DNA from: a virus
Direction: 5' to 3' (one strand)
DNA length: 64,000 nucleotides
Virus record (IMG/VR): IMGVR_UViG_3300028027_000061
Part shown: positions 1 through 7,915 of the stretch, piece after piece
How positions within the stretch are numbered: position 1 is the stretch's first letter
Layout of the letters: each line of letters opens with the position of its first letter
Program-made: the position numbers and the translations under genes
Notes under the pieces: model-generated
The model's database searches: none
What the model was told of the DNA's origin: nothing
The model's input: only the letters and a program-made list of their open reading frames with translations

Positions 1-143
1 ATCCAGACCCTAAACATAAATCTAACATTGCTGTTAAAGAAGCATTGGGGTATGTTAAGGGAACTACTGGTCTTGATGCTAAAATCAAACCAGATTCTTT
101 CGCAGCAACACATGCTGCTGATCACGTGGTAAGACATTAATTT

Positions 144-218
144 GCAGGATTAGCTCAGCGGTAGAGCATCTCGTTTACACCGAGGCGGTCGGCGGTTCAA
201 TCCCGTCATCCTGTACCA
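144..218 (+). tRNA. tRNA-Val (anticodon TAC)
   Basis: Cloverleaf folds by eye. Acceptor gcaggat/atcctgt, anticodon loop tttacac, T-loop ttcaatc, encoded CCA. Confidence 0.7.
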
Positions 219-219
219 G

Positions 220-295
220 TGCCCCATGGTGCAATTGGCAGCACGTCTGATTTTGATTCAGAAGGTTCCACGTTCGAGTCGTGGTGGGGCATCCA
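220..295 (+). tRNA. tRNA-Gln (anticodon TTG)
   Basis: Acceptor tgcccca/tggggca, anticodon stem tctga/tcaga with loop ttttgat, T-arm ccacg-ttcgagt-cgtgg, CCA present. Confidence 0.7.
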
Positions 296-300
296 GATTA

Positions 301-390
<90 letters not shown>

Positions 391-397
391 TAATAAA

Positions 398-434
398 AAG
401 TGCCAAGGAAAAAAACTTGGCACTTTTTTTATTT
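398..434 (+). terminator. rho-independent terminator after tRNA cluster 1
   Basis: Hairpin gtgccaag-(loop)-cttggcac followed by T7-ATTTT. Confidence 0.6.
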
Positions 435-436
435 TA

Positions 437-469
437 GGGCTTGACAATTTCTACATTTCGAGGTATAGT
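437..469 (+). promoter_or_regulatory. early sigma70-like promoter (GGGCTTGACA-N17-TATAGT)
   Basis: TTGACA at 441-446 and TATAGT at 464-469. Member of a repeated promoter family. Followed by RBS aaaggaaat and an ATG. Confidence 0.6.
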
Positions 470-496
470 GATATTATAGTTTGAAAGGAAATCGTT

Positions 497-682
497 ATGG
501 AAGTTTTTGTTTTGAAGGGTGGCATCGGGGTTCAGTTGGGCGTCTATGCATCTGAAGATGAAGCACGGGATGCCCACGGTGTATACATTCGTGACGGCGG
601 TCGGTTCCTCGATTCCTACTATATCGTGCGGCAAGTAGTTGGTGCAACTGCAGATGCCGATGCGGATCGGATCTGGATCTAA
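497..682 (+). CDS. small protein, first of three tandem paralogs (MEVFVL...GVYASEDEA)
   Basis: ORF with RBS aaaggaaatcgttATG just downstream of the promoter. Paralogous to 699-902 and 924-1100. Confidence 0.5.
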   Translation: MEVFVLKGGIGVQLGVYASEDEARDAHGVYIRDGGRFLDSYYIVRQVVGATADADADRIWI

Positions 683-698
683 AGAAAGGAAATTGGTT

Positions 699-902
699 AT
701 GGAAGTTTTTGTTTTGATGGGTGCGATGGATCACGATGCGCATTACGTTCTTGGTGTTTATGCTTCTGAACAAGAAGCAGTAGATGCTTTGGGTGTTTAC
801 CTTCGTGACCTCGATGAATCGTGGCATGATGAGTATTATGTCGATCGCCGTGTGCTCGGTGCACATGCGGAATATGATTCCGATCCTCATCGGTACCTCT
901 AA
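699..902 (+). CDS. small protein, tandem paralog 2 (MEVFVLMG...GVYASEQEA)
   Basis: Same N-terminus and same RBS (aaaggaaattggttATG) as 497-682. Confidence 0.5.
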   Translation: MEVFVLMGAMDHDAHYVLGVYASEQEAVDALGVYLRDLDESWHDEYYVDRRVLGAHAEYDSDPHRYL

Positions 903-923
903 AGTTTTTATGGAAGGTTGATT

Positions 924-1100
924 ATGCAAGTTTATGTCGTGAACAATGAATCTCCTGGTGGAGATCACTCGATTATGGTTGGTATCTACTCGACCGAAGA
1001 AAAGGCGAGAGAGATGATCAAATTCTTGGAACGTGAAACTCCTGAATGGTATCCTACCTACTCAGTTGAAGACGTTGATCCAGAAGATCCGATGTATTAA
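924..1100 (+). CDS. small protein, tandem paralog 3 (MQVYVVNN...GIYSTEEKA)
   Basis: Shares the V-hydrophobic-x-x-G-hydrophobic-Y-[AS]-[ST]-E-[DEQ]-[EK]-A motif. The track start at 918 is a TTG, so the ATG at 924 is the more likely start. Confidence 0.45.
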   Translation: MQVYVVNNESPGGDHSIMVGIYSTEEKAREMIKFLERETPEWYPTYSVEDVDPEDPMY

Positions 1101-1105
1101 AGTTT

Positions 1106-1181
1106 AGACGAGTAGCTCAATGGTTAGAGCCGACCGCTCATAACGGTTTGGTTGGGGGTTCGAGTCCCTCCTCGTCTACCA
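1106..1181 (+). tRNA. tRNA-Met (anticodon CAT)
   Basis: Acceptor agacgag/ctcgtct, anticodon loop ctcataa, three G-C pairs in the anticodon stem, T-loop ttcgagt, CCA. Confidence 0.7.
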
Positions 1182-1241
1182 GTTAGGGTTGCTACTTAAT
1201 AGGCACGCGAGGAATCACGGTTAGTTCCTCAACCAGTTTAC

Positions 1242-1317
1242 GGATCATTAGCTCAGTTGGTAGAGCAGCGGACTCTTAATCCGCTTGTCGTAGGTTCGAT
1301 CCCTACATGATCCACCA
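1242..1317 (+). tRNA. tRNA-Lys (anticodon CTT)
   Basis: Acceptor ggatcat/atgatcc, anticodon stem gcgga/tccgc, loop ctcttaa, T-loop ttcgatc, CCA. Confidence 0.7.
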
Positions 1318-1322
1318 GTTTC

Positions 1323-1398
1323 GGACGCTTAGCTCAGTAGGTAGAGCAACGGGCTTTTAACCTGTTGGTCCTGGGTTCGAGTCCCAGAGCGTCCACCA
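1323..1398 (+). tRNA. tRNA-Lys (anticodon TTT)
   Basis: Acceptor ggacgct/agcgtcc, anticodon loop cttttaa, T-arm ctggg-ttcgagt-cccag, CCA. Confidence 0.7.
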
Positions 1399-1415
1399 TT
1401 TTAAAGGAGTTTGTT

Positions 1416-1592
1416 ATGAGTAAAATGATACTTGCATTTCTGTTCATTTTTACCTGTGTGTTCTTCGGTATTCAAATTGTTCGCGATTTGAATAAATCTG
1501 AAAAATTAAGCTTGACTAAATTGCTTGCTTATAGTATAGTGTGTACTGTGATTACGATGGTCGTGATTACTTCAATTGTTTTGATTTTCTAA
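1416..1592 (+). CDS. small hydrophobic membrane protein
   Basis: RBS aaaggagtttgttATG. Two predicted TM stretches. The track's N-terminal extension overlaps the tRNA and is rejected. Confidence 0.45.
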   Translation: MSKMILAFLFIFTCVFFGIQIVRDLNKSEKLSLTKLLAYSIVCTVITMVVITSIVLIF

Positions 1593-1606
1593 GGAATAAA
1601 GTTATT

Positions 1607-2404
1607 ATGAAAAGTGTTACTAAAGTCGTTCTTCTCGCTGGTCTGATGGCAACGACTGCTGCCTGTACTCGTATTGAAACAGGTGAAGTTGGTGTTCGGC
1701 GTTCGTTCGACAAGACCATTGAAACTACTGAGTTGATGCCAGGATCAATCAACCAGACAATGTTCGGTGATGTTATGACATTCCCAACCAAGGACGTGCA
1801 GGTTGATGTTTCTGACTTGACTCCACTTGCGTCGGACAACTCGACAGTTGCTGACTTTGACATGGCAGTAATCTATTCGATTAATCCTGGTTCGGTTGCC
1901 GAACTGTATATCGAAAAGAATCGTGGTTTCCATGCTGACACTGAAGAAGGCGATACACTTTTGATGTATAATTACATTCGTCAGTTGGGTCGTAATGCTG
2001 CCTACAAGGTTGCTCGTCGTTACGAGTCATTGAAGATGGCAGACAATCGTGCTGAGATTGAGCAACTGGTTCGCCAAGAGATTGTCGCGCAACTTGCTTC
2101 TGAGAAACTCGATGGTGCTATCTCGATTTCACAGGTTCTTGTTCGTCAGGTAAAACCTGCTGCGAATATCGTAGCGTCTGCTAACCAACTTGTCCAGGCA
2201 CAAAACGCTGAGAAGCAGAAGTTGGTAGAGGTTCGTACCGCAAAGTTGGAAGCAGAACGTATTGCTGCTCTTAATGCCAACGCTGGTGCTACTAAATACA
2301 TGGAAGCAACTGCTCTCGTGACAATCGCGGAAGCAGTTAAGGAAGGTAAGGTTTCTACCATTATTGTTCCTTATGACTTCAAGGGTATCGTGAACGTCAA
2401 GTAA
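1607..2404 (+). CDS. SPFH/band-7 (prohibitin/HflKC-like) lipoprotein
   Basis: Signal peptide with lipobox (LAGLMATTAAC). Central SPFH-like region followed by a coiled-coil A/E/Q-rich tail. Confidence 0.5.
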   Translation: MKSVTKVVLLAGLMATTAACTRIETGEVGVRRSFDKTIETTELMPGSINQTMFGDVMTFPTKDVQVDVSDLTPLASDNSTVADFDMAVIYSINPGSVAELYIEKNRGFHADTEEGDTLLMYNYIRQLGRNAAYKVARRYESLKMADNRAEIEQLVRQEIVAQLASEKLDGAISISQVLVRQVKPAANIVASANQLVQAQNAEKQKLVEVRTAKLEAERIAALNANAGATKYMEATALVTIAEAVKEGKVSTIIVPYDFKGIVNVK

Positions 2405-2413
2405 GTTTGAATG

Positions 2414-2499
2414 GAAGGTGGGCAGGACGGTAATGCAACGCACTGCTAATGCGTCTACCAGAAATGGTAGAGTGGGTTCGACTCCCACACCTTCCGCCA
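2414..2499 (+). tRNA. tRNA-Ser (anticodon GCT), class II
   Basis: Acceptor ggaaggt/accttcc, anticodon loop ctgctaa, long variable arm, T-arm gtggg-ttcgact-cccac, CCA. Confidence 0.7.
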
Positions 2500-2500
2500 T

Positions 2501-2578
2501 GGTGGATGTAGCTCAGTTGGTTAGAGTGTCGGCTTGTGATGCCGAATGTCGCGGGTTCAAGTCCCGTCATTCACCCCA
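2501..2578 (+). tRNA. tRNA-His (anticodon GTG) with encoded G-1
   Basis: Extra 5' G followed by acceptor gtggatg/cattcac. C discriminator (a His identity element). Anticodon loop ttgtgat. CCA. Confidence 0.7.
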
Positions 2579-2579
2579 T

Positions 2580-2655
2580 GGGGATGTAGTCCAAAGGCAG
2601 AGACAGAGGACTTAAAATCCTTCCAGTGTGGGTTCGAGTCCCACCATCCCTACCA
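2580..2655 (+). tRNA. tRNA with anticodon TAA (Leu by anticodon) but class-I architecture, with no long variable arm
   Basis: 76 nt. Acceptor ggggatg/catccct, anticodon stem gagga/tcctt with loop cttaaaa, 5-nt variable loop, T-arm gtggg-ttcgagt-cccac, CCA. Leu/Ser/Tyr tRNAs normally have a long arm. Confidence 0.5.
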
Positions 2656-2659
2656 TTTC

Positions 2660-2735
2660 GCGTCTGTAGCTCAGTTGGTAGAGCACTCCCCTGATAAGGG
2701 AGAGGTCGCAGGATCGAGGCCTGCCAGACGCACCA
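2660..2735 (+). tRNA. tRNA-Ile (anticodon GAT)
   Basis: Acceptor gcgtctg/cagacgc, anticodon stem ctccc/gggag with loop ctgataa. T-loop atcgagg is unusual (A at position 54). CCA. Confidence 0.65.
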
Positions 2736-2737
2736 AT

Positions 2738-2809
2738 GCCAGCAGTGCAAGTGCACGACTGACTCTCATAAGGTTGGTTCGGTAGGAGCGTTACCTACTG
2801 CTGGTACCA
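2738..2809 (+). ncRNA. degenerate tRNA-like element or small stable RNA (72 nt, ends ...tgctggtACCA)
   Basis: 7-bp acceptor-like pairing gccagca/tgctggt plus ACCA, and a CAT-containing loop. The D and T arms are non-canonical. Confidence 0.3.
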
Positions 2810-2810
2810 T

Positions 2811-2888
2811 GTCACGATGGCAGAGTGGTCCAATGCACAGGTCTGCAAAACCTGAAAACCGTGGGTTCGAATCCCACTCGTGACTCCA
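2811..2888 (+). tRNA. tRNA-Cys (anticodon GCA)
   Basis: Acceptor gtcacga/tcgtgac, anticodon stem caggt/acctg with loop ctgcaaa, T-arm gtggg-ttcgaat-cccac, CCA. Confidence 0.6.
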
Positions 2889-2905
2889 TTCTAAAGGAAT
2901 ATATA

Positions 2906-3142
2906 ATGACAGATGTTATTGCAATTGATAAGTATCGTTTGTTGGTTGAGCGTATCGAAACCATTGAACAAGAAATTGATGCCAAGAAACTAGATCGTAA
3001 GAATGTTTACGCTGATGTTAAGAGCGAAGGTTACGATGTTAAGGCAACTCGCCAGATTATTCGCCTCCGCAAAAAGGAAGCGCATGTTCGGCAAGAAGAA
3101 GATATGATTCTTGAAACATATCGCACTGCTATTGGTCTATGA
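2906..3142 (+). CDS. gapR: GapR/DUF2312-family DNA-binding protein
   Basis: 78 aa. ...LLVERIETIEQEIDAKKLDRKNVYADVKSEGYDVKATRQIIRLRKKE... resembles the alphaproteobacterial nucleoid protein GapR (recalled as IERIERLEEEK...DVYAEAKGNGFD.K.LRK...LRK). RBS aaaggaatatataATG. Confidence 0.65.
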   Translation: MTDVIAIDKYRLLVERIETIEQEIDAKKLDRKNVYADVKSEGYDVKATRQIIRLRKKEAHVRQEEDMILETYRTAIGL

Positions 3143-3147
3143 TTTAT

Positions 3148-3222
3148 GGCCCCGTCGTCTACTGGCTAGGACACGTCACTTTCACTGACGAGAAGGCGGA
3201 TCGAAACCGCTCGGGGCTACCA
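3148..3222 (+). tRNA. tRNA-Glu (anticodon TTC)
   Basis: Acceptor ggccccg/cggggct, anticodon stem cgtca/tgacg with loop ctttcac, T-arm ggcgg-atcgaaa-ccgct, CCA. Confidence 0.65.
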
Positions 3223-3234
3223 TAAAGGAATGAC

Positions 3235-3987
3235 ATGGATATATTAGTCGCATTACTTACGTCAAGAGACTCTATCAAACTAACCAGATGCATCGAGAGT
3301 GTTCTTCCTCAAACCAGTAATGTGGTTGTGGTATGCAACACTCTCGATTTTTCATATGTAGAACAGGCAAGAAAAGTTGCCGATGCATATAATCTAGAGT
3401 TTTTAGTTACTGAATCTAATGGCACACCAGCGAGAGGAAAGAACTCTGTTCTAGAGATTTTCCGATCGCGATCGCACGCATATTACATGCAAGTTGATGC
3501 GGATGATTATCTTACTCCCGATGCATTGATCAAACTTGACAAGATTGTAACTGAGAATCCAGATGTTGATGTCATTGGTTTAGTCGATGGAGCGATGACG
3601 TATAATGGAAGTGCAACAACCAGTAATGCATTTTTGTCCAATGGTAATGTGTTCAAATTTGCTGACGTGCAGGGTACACATAAACTGCGATTAGTAGAAC
3701 TTGGTAAATTATTATCGAGCAATCTACAGTATAATCGAATGCTGTTGTATTCAAGCAAGGCAATAAACACCTTTGACTTTGACGAGAAATTTATTGGATC
3801 AGAAGATATTGTTGCATCTTATAAATTATACTATGATCCAGATATAAATTATGTTCTAACGGATGAGCATCTTTATGTGTATGACTTGGAAGATAGTGGC
3901 AATTTCCATACCTTCTTGAGTAATGCGTCTGAAATTAAGAAAGTACTTAAAGAATTGAAAGTCATTTTGAATGAGTCTGCAGTATAA
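3235..3987 (+). CDS. GT-A fold (family-2-like) glycosyltransferase
   Basis: N-terminal beta-alpha start with a DxD-like motif (QVDADDYL). Confidence 0.4.
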   Translation: MDILVALLTSRDSIKLTRCIESVLPQTSNVVVVCNTLDFSYVEQARKVADAYNLEFLVTESNGTPARGKNSVLEIFRSRSHAYYMQVDADDYLTPDALIKLDKIVTENPDVDVIGLVDGAMTYNGSATTSNAFLSNGNVFKFADVQGTHKLRLVELGKLLSSNLQYNRMLLYSSKAINTFDFDEKFIGSEDIVASYKLYYDPDINYVLTDEHLYVYDLEDSGNFHTFLSNASEIKKVLKELKVILNESAV

Positions 3988-4606
3988 AACAGATCTGAAA
4001 ACAGCAATAAAGATTGTGGGTAAATTGATTAAAAAACCACACAACACAATCTTTTTGTTTCAGTTACTGCATGCTACGAACGCACCTTCTTTGAAGTGGA
4101 CATATCAAAAACTACTGGAAACAGAGCAGGGTGGTGGGGTCGCATATTCATCAGAAGAAGTATACGAATACTTTCCTACTCTTGTGAATAGACCAGAAGG
4201 TTCTGTCGGTAAACACTGCTACGATATGTTCCCGAACCAAGAACTCCTGATAAAAATAAGCAAACGAAAATCTAACGATACCTGGATTGAAGCGAAGCAT
4301 CCATACAATTGGATGGCAAGAAGATACAGAGATACACACGACACATGGCACATACTAACAGGGTATGATACAACCATACTGGGGGAGATGTGTCTTGCGA
4401 TGTTCTCCTTTGCGCAAACTAAATCGCTCGGTTGGTTGCTCATTTCATTTGTTGGGTTTGTCCACAGAGGGATGAAACTGTCTGACATTGGTTTGATACG
4501 ACAAGCATATTTACGAGGAAAGAATGCCAAGTTCTTACTTGCAGAGAATTATGATAAATTGTTCGATGAGGATTTAATCGCAGCAAGAGCACGGTTGGGT
4601 CTATGA
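3971..4606 (+). CDS. COQ4-family protein (HDxxH-x11-E zinc motif)
   Basis: Motif RDTHDTWHILTGYDTTILGE matches the COQ4 signature HDxxH(x)11E. Confidence 0.45.
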   Translation: MSLQYKTDLKTAIKIVGKLIKKPHNTIFLFQLLHATNAPSLKWTYQKLLETEQGGGVAYSSEEVYEYFPTLVNRPEGSVGKHCYDMFPNQELLIKISKRKSNDTWIEAKHPYNWMARRYRDTHDTWHILTGYDTTILGEMCLAMFSFAQTKSLGWLLISFVGFVHRGMKLSDIGLIRQAYLRGKNAKFLLAENYDKLFDEDLIAARARLGL

Positions 4607-5226
4607 TTCGTATTGACAGTAATTATCCTATAGAAGAAATGTTGGAATTCTGTAAAGAATCCAAGAATGACACACGTCCTGGTGCCGTTAATATGGATTT
4701 CGTTGACTGGGAAAACAAACCACATACTCTACTATATCTTCTGTATAAAGAGAAGAGATTCGATGGCCCCACAAACGGATATGTAATCTGCAAGAAAGGT
4801 GATCGAATTGTTTGTGGTCATGGATTTTATGTCTCAGAAATAGATAGAATGGTATGCATGGGATGCCGCACCTATACTGTTCCAGGTATAAATTGTCATG
4901 CATTACAGGGCGACATCAAAGACTTCATTTTCGATATTGTTAGAAAAAATGGGATGGCAGGGTTTTTTATCTCGATGAACGAATATAATAAACGATTCGT
5001 CCATGGGTATAATAAAATTAATGATCCCGTCAATTTCAAAACTTCTTTTCGTGATGAAACTGGACAGTGGTGGGCGAGGAAAGATAGAAAAATCTCTCCG
5101 ACAGTACCATGCGACTTCCCGATTAACTTGAAAAATGTAAAACAGTGGATTATATATCATTTGTGGGATTCTTCCTATGAAGAAGAATTGAATGTGAAAT
5201 TGAAAACTTTGGAATGGATTGATTGA
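4603..5226 (+). CDS. hypothetical protein
   Basis: 207-aa ORF. Its start overlaps the upstream stop (ATGA). Confidence 0.4.
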   Translation: MIRIDSNYPIEEMLEFCKESKNDTRPGAVNMDFVDWENKPHTLLYLLYKEKRFDGPTNGYVICKKGDRIVCGHGFYVSEIDRMVCMGCRTYTVPGINCHALQGDIKDFIFDIVRKNGMAGFFISMNEYNKRFVHGYNKINDPVNFKTSFRDETGQWWARKDRKISPTVPCDFPINLKNVKQWIIYHLWDSSYEEELNVKLKTLEWID

Positions 5227-6824
5227 TGGCATTAGATGGTATCATTTTTGGTGGGATGATCAATTCAGACGAACCAACACGACCACAGGATTTGTCTGGC
5301 ATCAGTTATAGTTCTGTTCACAGAAGCGCAGGTTCTCATAGAATTGCCTCGTTCTTACGTCAACATGGACTTGACATTGAAGTCGTAGATTTCGCCCCAT
5401 CTTGGAAATTTGAAGAATTTCAAGAGTTGATTCGTTCCCGAATGACACCAACAATGAAGTTTGTTGGACTCGGTGCGGTGTTCAATATGAACACGCAAAC
5501 TCTCTTTCGGTGTTTTGCTTGGTTGAAACAGACTTATCCAGATGTACTGTTGGTAACAGGATCCACTGATTTTTATAATCTTCACTTCATTCCAGTAGAC
5601 TACATGGTGGTTGGTTATGGCGAACTCGCTATTTTGGAGATCTTAAACGGTACTGCAAAATATACTGACGAGGTTATTGATAAGGAAGGTAACAAGCGTC
5701 GAACGGTTCATGCACTTAAACAGTATCCTGCGTATCCAATGCGTAATCTTTCAATCGATTATGAAAAACGAGATTTCCTACAACCATTTGAGTTGCTTAC
5801 TATGGAAACAAGTCGTGGGTGTAGATTTAAGTGTGCGTTTTGCACTTATCCTGTTTTGGGAGTGAAAGATGATCATACCAGATGCTCTGATGACTTTCAT
5901 GATAATCTTATGCGTAACTATGATAACTATGGTGTCTATCGATATTCGATCGCAGACGAAACTTTTAATGATCACAGCGAGAAAATTGTCAAGTACGCAG
6001 ACGTTGTAGAGAAACTTCCATTTAAACCAAATTTCGGTGGATATATCAGAGCAGATTTGCTGCACACAAGACCACAAGATATAGAACAGTTAGCAAGAAT
6101 GCGATTCAACGGGCAGTTCTATGGTGTCGAATCCTTCCATCGTCCAAGTGCTGCTGCCATTGGTAAAGGGATGGATCCTGCTAAAATACAGCAAGCAATT
6201 CTTGACACCAAGGATTACTTCATGAAACACAATGGATACTATCGAGGAACCCTCAGTTTTATTGTAGGATTGCCGCACGAGACAGAAGAAACTATGAACG
6301 AAACAATTAAATGGTGTGACGAAAACTGGAAAACCAACAGTATGCAATGGACTTCATTGATTATTGCCAGCGATCACGCCAATGTTAAGCAAAACACATT
6401 ATCTACGACGTATGAAAAGCAAGGTTATACTCTTGTTGATTCAGAAGAAATTATGCTCGATGAATCTCATCCTGATCTCAAACGAATACTGCAAAGCAAT
6501 TTTGTAGTCCCGGAATTAAAGACTTACATGCAGACCATTGTCCGTAATCTAAAACCAACGGTATTGTTACATCACTGGAAAAGCAATACAGGTATGACAG
6601 AAAGAGATGCCTTGTTGTGGATTGCCAATAATGTCTGGGGTGCCGAAAAGTATATGAATTTCGGAGTAGAACATTGGAAAATGGCAGAATGGTATGTTGC
6701 AGGTAAAACTGATCAGGATATGATGGGTTCGTATCAGGATCTAGGTGGTGTTAGACCGTCACTACATACTAAAATTGATTTTATTGAAAAATATAAGCAA
6801 CAAAAACTTAATGTCACGCAGTAA
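5223..6824 (+). CDS. B12-binding (class B) radical SAM enzyme
   Basis: N-terminal Rossmann/cobalamin-binding-like region. CxxxCxxC motif TSRGCRFKCAFCTYP. 533 aa. Confidence 0.6.
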   Translation: MMALDGIIFGGMINSDEPTRPQDLSGISYSSVHRSAGSHRIASFLRQHGLDIEVVDFAPSWKFEEFQELIRSRMTPTMKFVGLGAVFNMNTQTLFRCFAWLKQTYPDVLLVTGSTDFYNLHFIPVDYMVVGYGELAILEILNGTAKYTDEVIDKEGNKRRTVHALKQYPAYPMRNLSIDYEKRDFLQPFELLTMETSRGCRFKCAFCTYPVLGVKDDHTRCSDDFHDNLMRNYDNYGVYRYSIADETFNDHSEKIVKYADVVEKLPFKPNFGGYIRADLLHTRPQDIEQLARMRFNGQFYGVESFHRPSAAAIGKGMDPAKIQQAILDTKDYFMKHNGYYRGTLSFIVGLPHETEETMNETIKWCDENWKTNSMQWTSLIIASDHANVKQNTLSTTYEKQGYTLVDSEEIMLDESHPDLKRILQSNFVVPELKTYMQTIVRNLKPTVLLHHWKSNTGMTERDALLWIANNVWGAEKYMNFGVEHWKMAEWYVAGKTDQDMMGSYQDLGGVRPSLHTKIDFIEKYKQQKLNVTQ

Positions 6825-6835
6825 TAAATATTGCC

Positions 6836-7396
6836 ATGACAGAAAAAATGAAAATCGCAATTACAGGACATACTAGTGGACTTGGGCTTAGCATATACAA
6901 CCACTTCAATCAAAAACCTGAATGCGCAGTGAGAGGAATAAGCAGGGCAACAGGATTCGATCTAACAACTGATGCAGATGAAGTTATCCAACTAATCAAA
7001 TCAAACAACTTTGATTATTTCTTCAATAATGCATATGTTGATGGTGTTCAATCTAAACTGTTGCGGGAATTGTCTGAGCATACATGCGTAATATCATCTG
7101 GGTCTATGGCAGCAGATGCAGCGCAGGTAAAACGCGAACCATATTATGTGAACAAATTTGATTTAGAGTGCACGCATAGATCGATTAAAAGAAATAATAA
7201 ATTACCTATGTTATTGCTGAAGATGGGATATCTGGAGAACTATGTGGATAAAGAACCTGTCTCATATGACACAATCGTAAGTGCTATAGATTTCTGGATG
7301 CAGAATCCTAGAGTGAGTATGATTGAATTTGACAACATAAACTATTCAAAAAACTTTCCAGAAATTAACAAATACATCGAACAAAAAAATGATTAA
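6836..7396 (+). CDS. Rossmann-fold NAD(P)-binding protein (SDR-like)
   Basis: N-terminal KIAITGHTSGLGLSIY, a TGxxxGxG-type dinucleotide-binding motif. Confidence 0.45.
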   Translation: MTEKMKIAITGHTSGLGLSIYNHFNQKPECAVRGISRATGFDLTTDADEVIQLIKSNNFDYFFNNAYVDGVQSKLLRELSEHTCVISSGSMAADAAQVKREPYYVNKFDLECTHRSIKRNNKLPMLLLKMGYLENYVDKEPVSYDTIVSAIDFWMQNPRVSMIEFDNINYSKNFPEINKYIEQKND

Positions 7397-7907
7397 GGTT
7401 ATCGGTAACATAGATATAGATCTGGTCGTTAACCAGTACAAGGCGATTGAAGACCAAATACAGTGGGTGGAGATGCCTCCACACCACAAACAAGCAGGTT
7501 TGCAGTATGCCGAAGAAACAGAAAATCTCTGGGCAGGTGGAACAGGAAAACTGACAGGTCTGGTCAATCCAGAGCATCAATATAACAATCTAAATCCATT
7601 GTTACGAGGAACTATTTTCGAAGATATTATCAATGAGCACAAATTGGTAAGAACTCGCTTTATGTGGGTAAATCGTATGAGTTGTTACAGTGTGCATAGA
7701 GATCTGAGTCCTAGAGTGCATGTTCCAATAATTACAAATCCAGAATGCTATTTCGTACTCAAACAAGGTTCAGAAGGATTGATTGAGCACCTACCAGCAG
7801 GTAAGGTTTACTGGGCTGACACACGCATACACCACACATTCATGAATTGCTCACTGGAACCAAGATTGCACCTGATTGGTGTTCCTGTCAGCGAACAAAA
7901 TTATTAG
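7389..7907 (+). CDS. cupin-type 2OG/Fe(II) oxygenase-like (Asp/Asn beta-hydroxylase-like)
   Basis: HRD...RIHH pattern (YSVHRD ... DTRIHHTF). Weak. Confidence 0.3.
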   Translation: MIKVIGNIDIDLVVNQYKAIEDQIQWVEMPPHHKQAGLQYAEETENLWAGGTGKLTGLVNPEHQYNNLNPLLRGTIFEDIINEHKLVRTRFMWVNRMSCYSVHRDLSPRVHVPIITNPECYFVLKQGSEGLIEHLPAGKVYWADTRIHHTFMNCSLEPRLHLIGVPVSEQNY

Positions 7908-7915
7908 GAGTTATT

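Noticed and set aside
918-923. Track start codons at 918, 17472, 24081 and 20917
   Set aside because: These positions are TTG. An in-frame ATG with better RBS spacing follows two to eight codons downstream.
1365-1592. N-terminally extended version of the small membrane ORF
   Set aside because: The extension runs through tRNA-Lys. The ATG with RBS at 1416 is the plausible start. The same logic trims 1541->1607, 2825->2906, 9490->9673, 20140->20200, 21527->21563, 27351->27411, 33772->33820 and 35042->35090.
2418-2785. ORFs of 65-79 aa across tRNA cluster 2
   Set aside because: Entirely composed of tRNA-Ser/His/Leu-like/Ile sequences.
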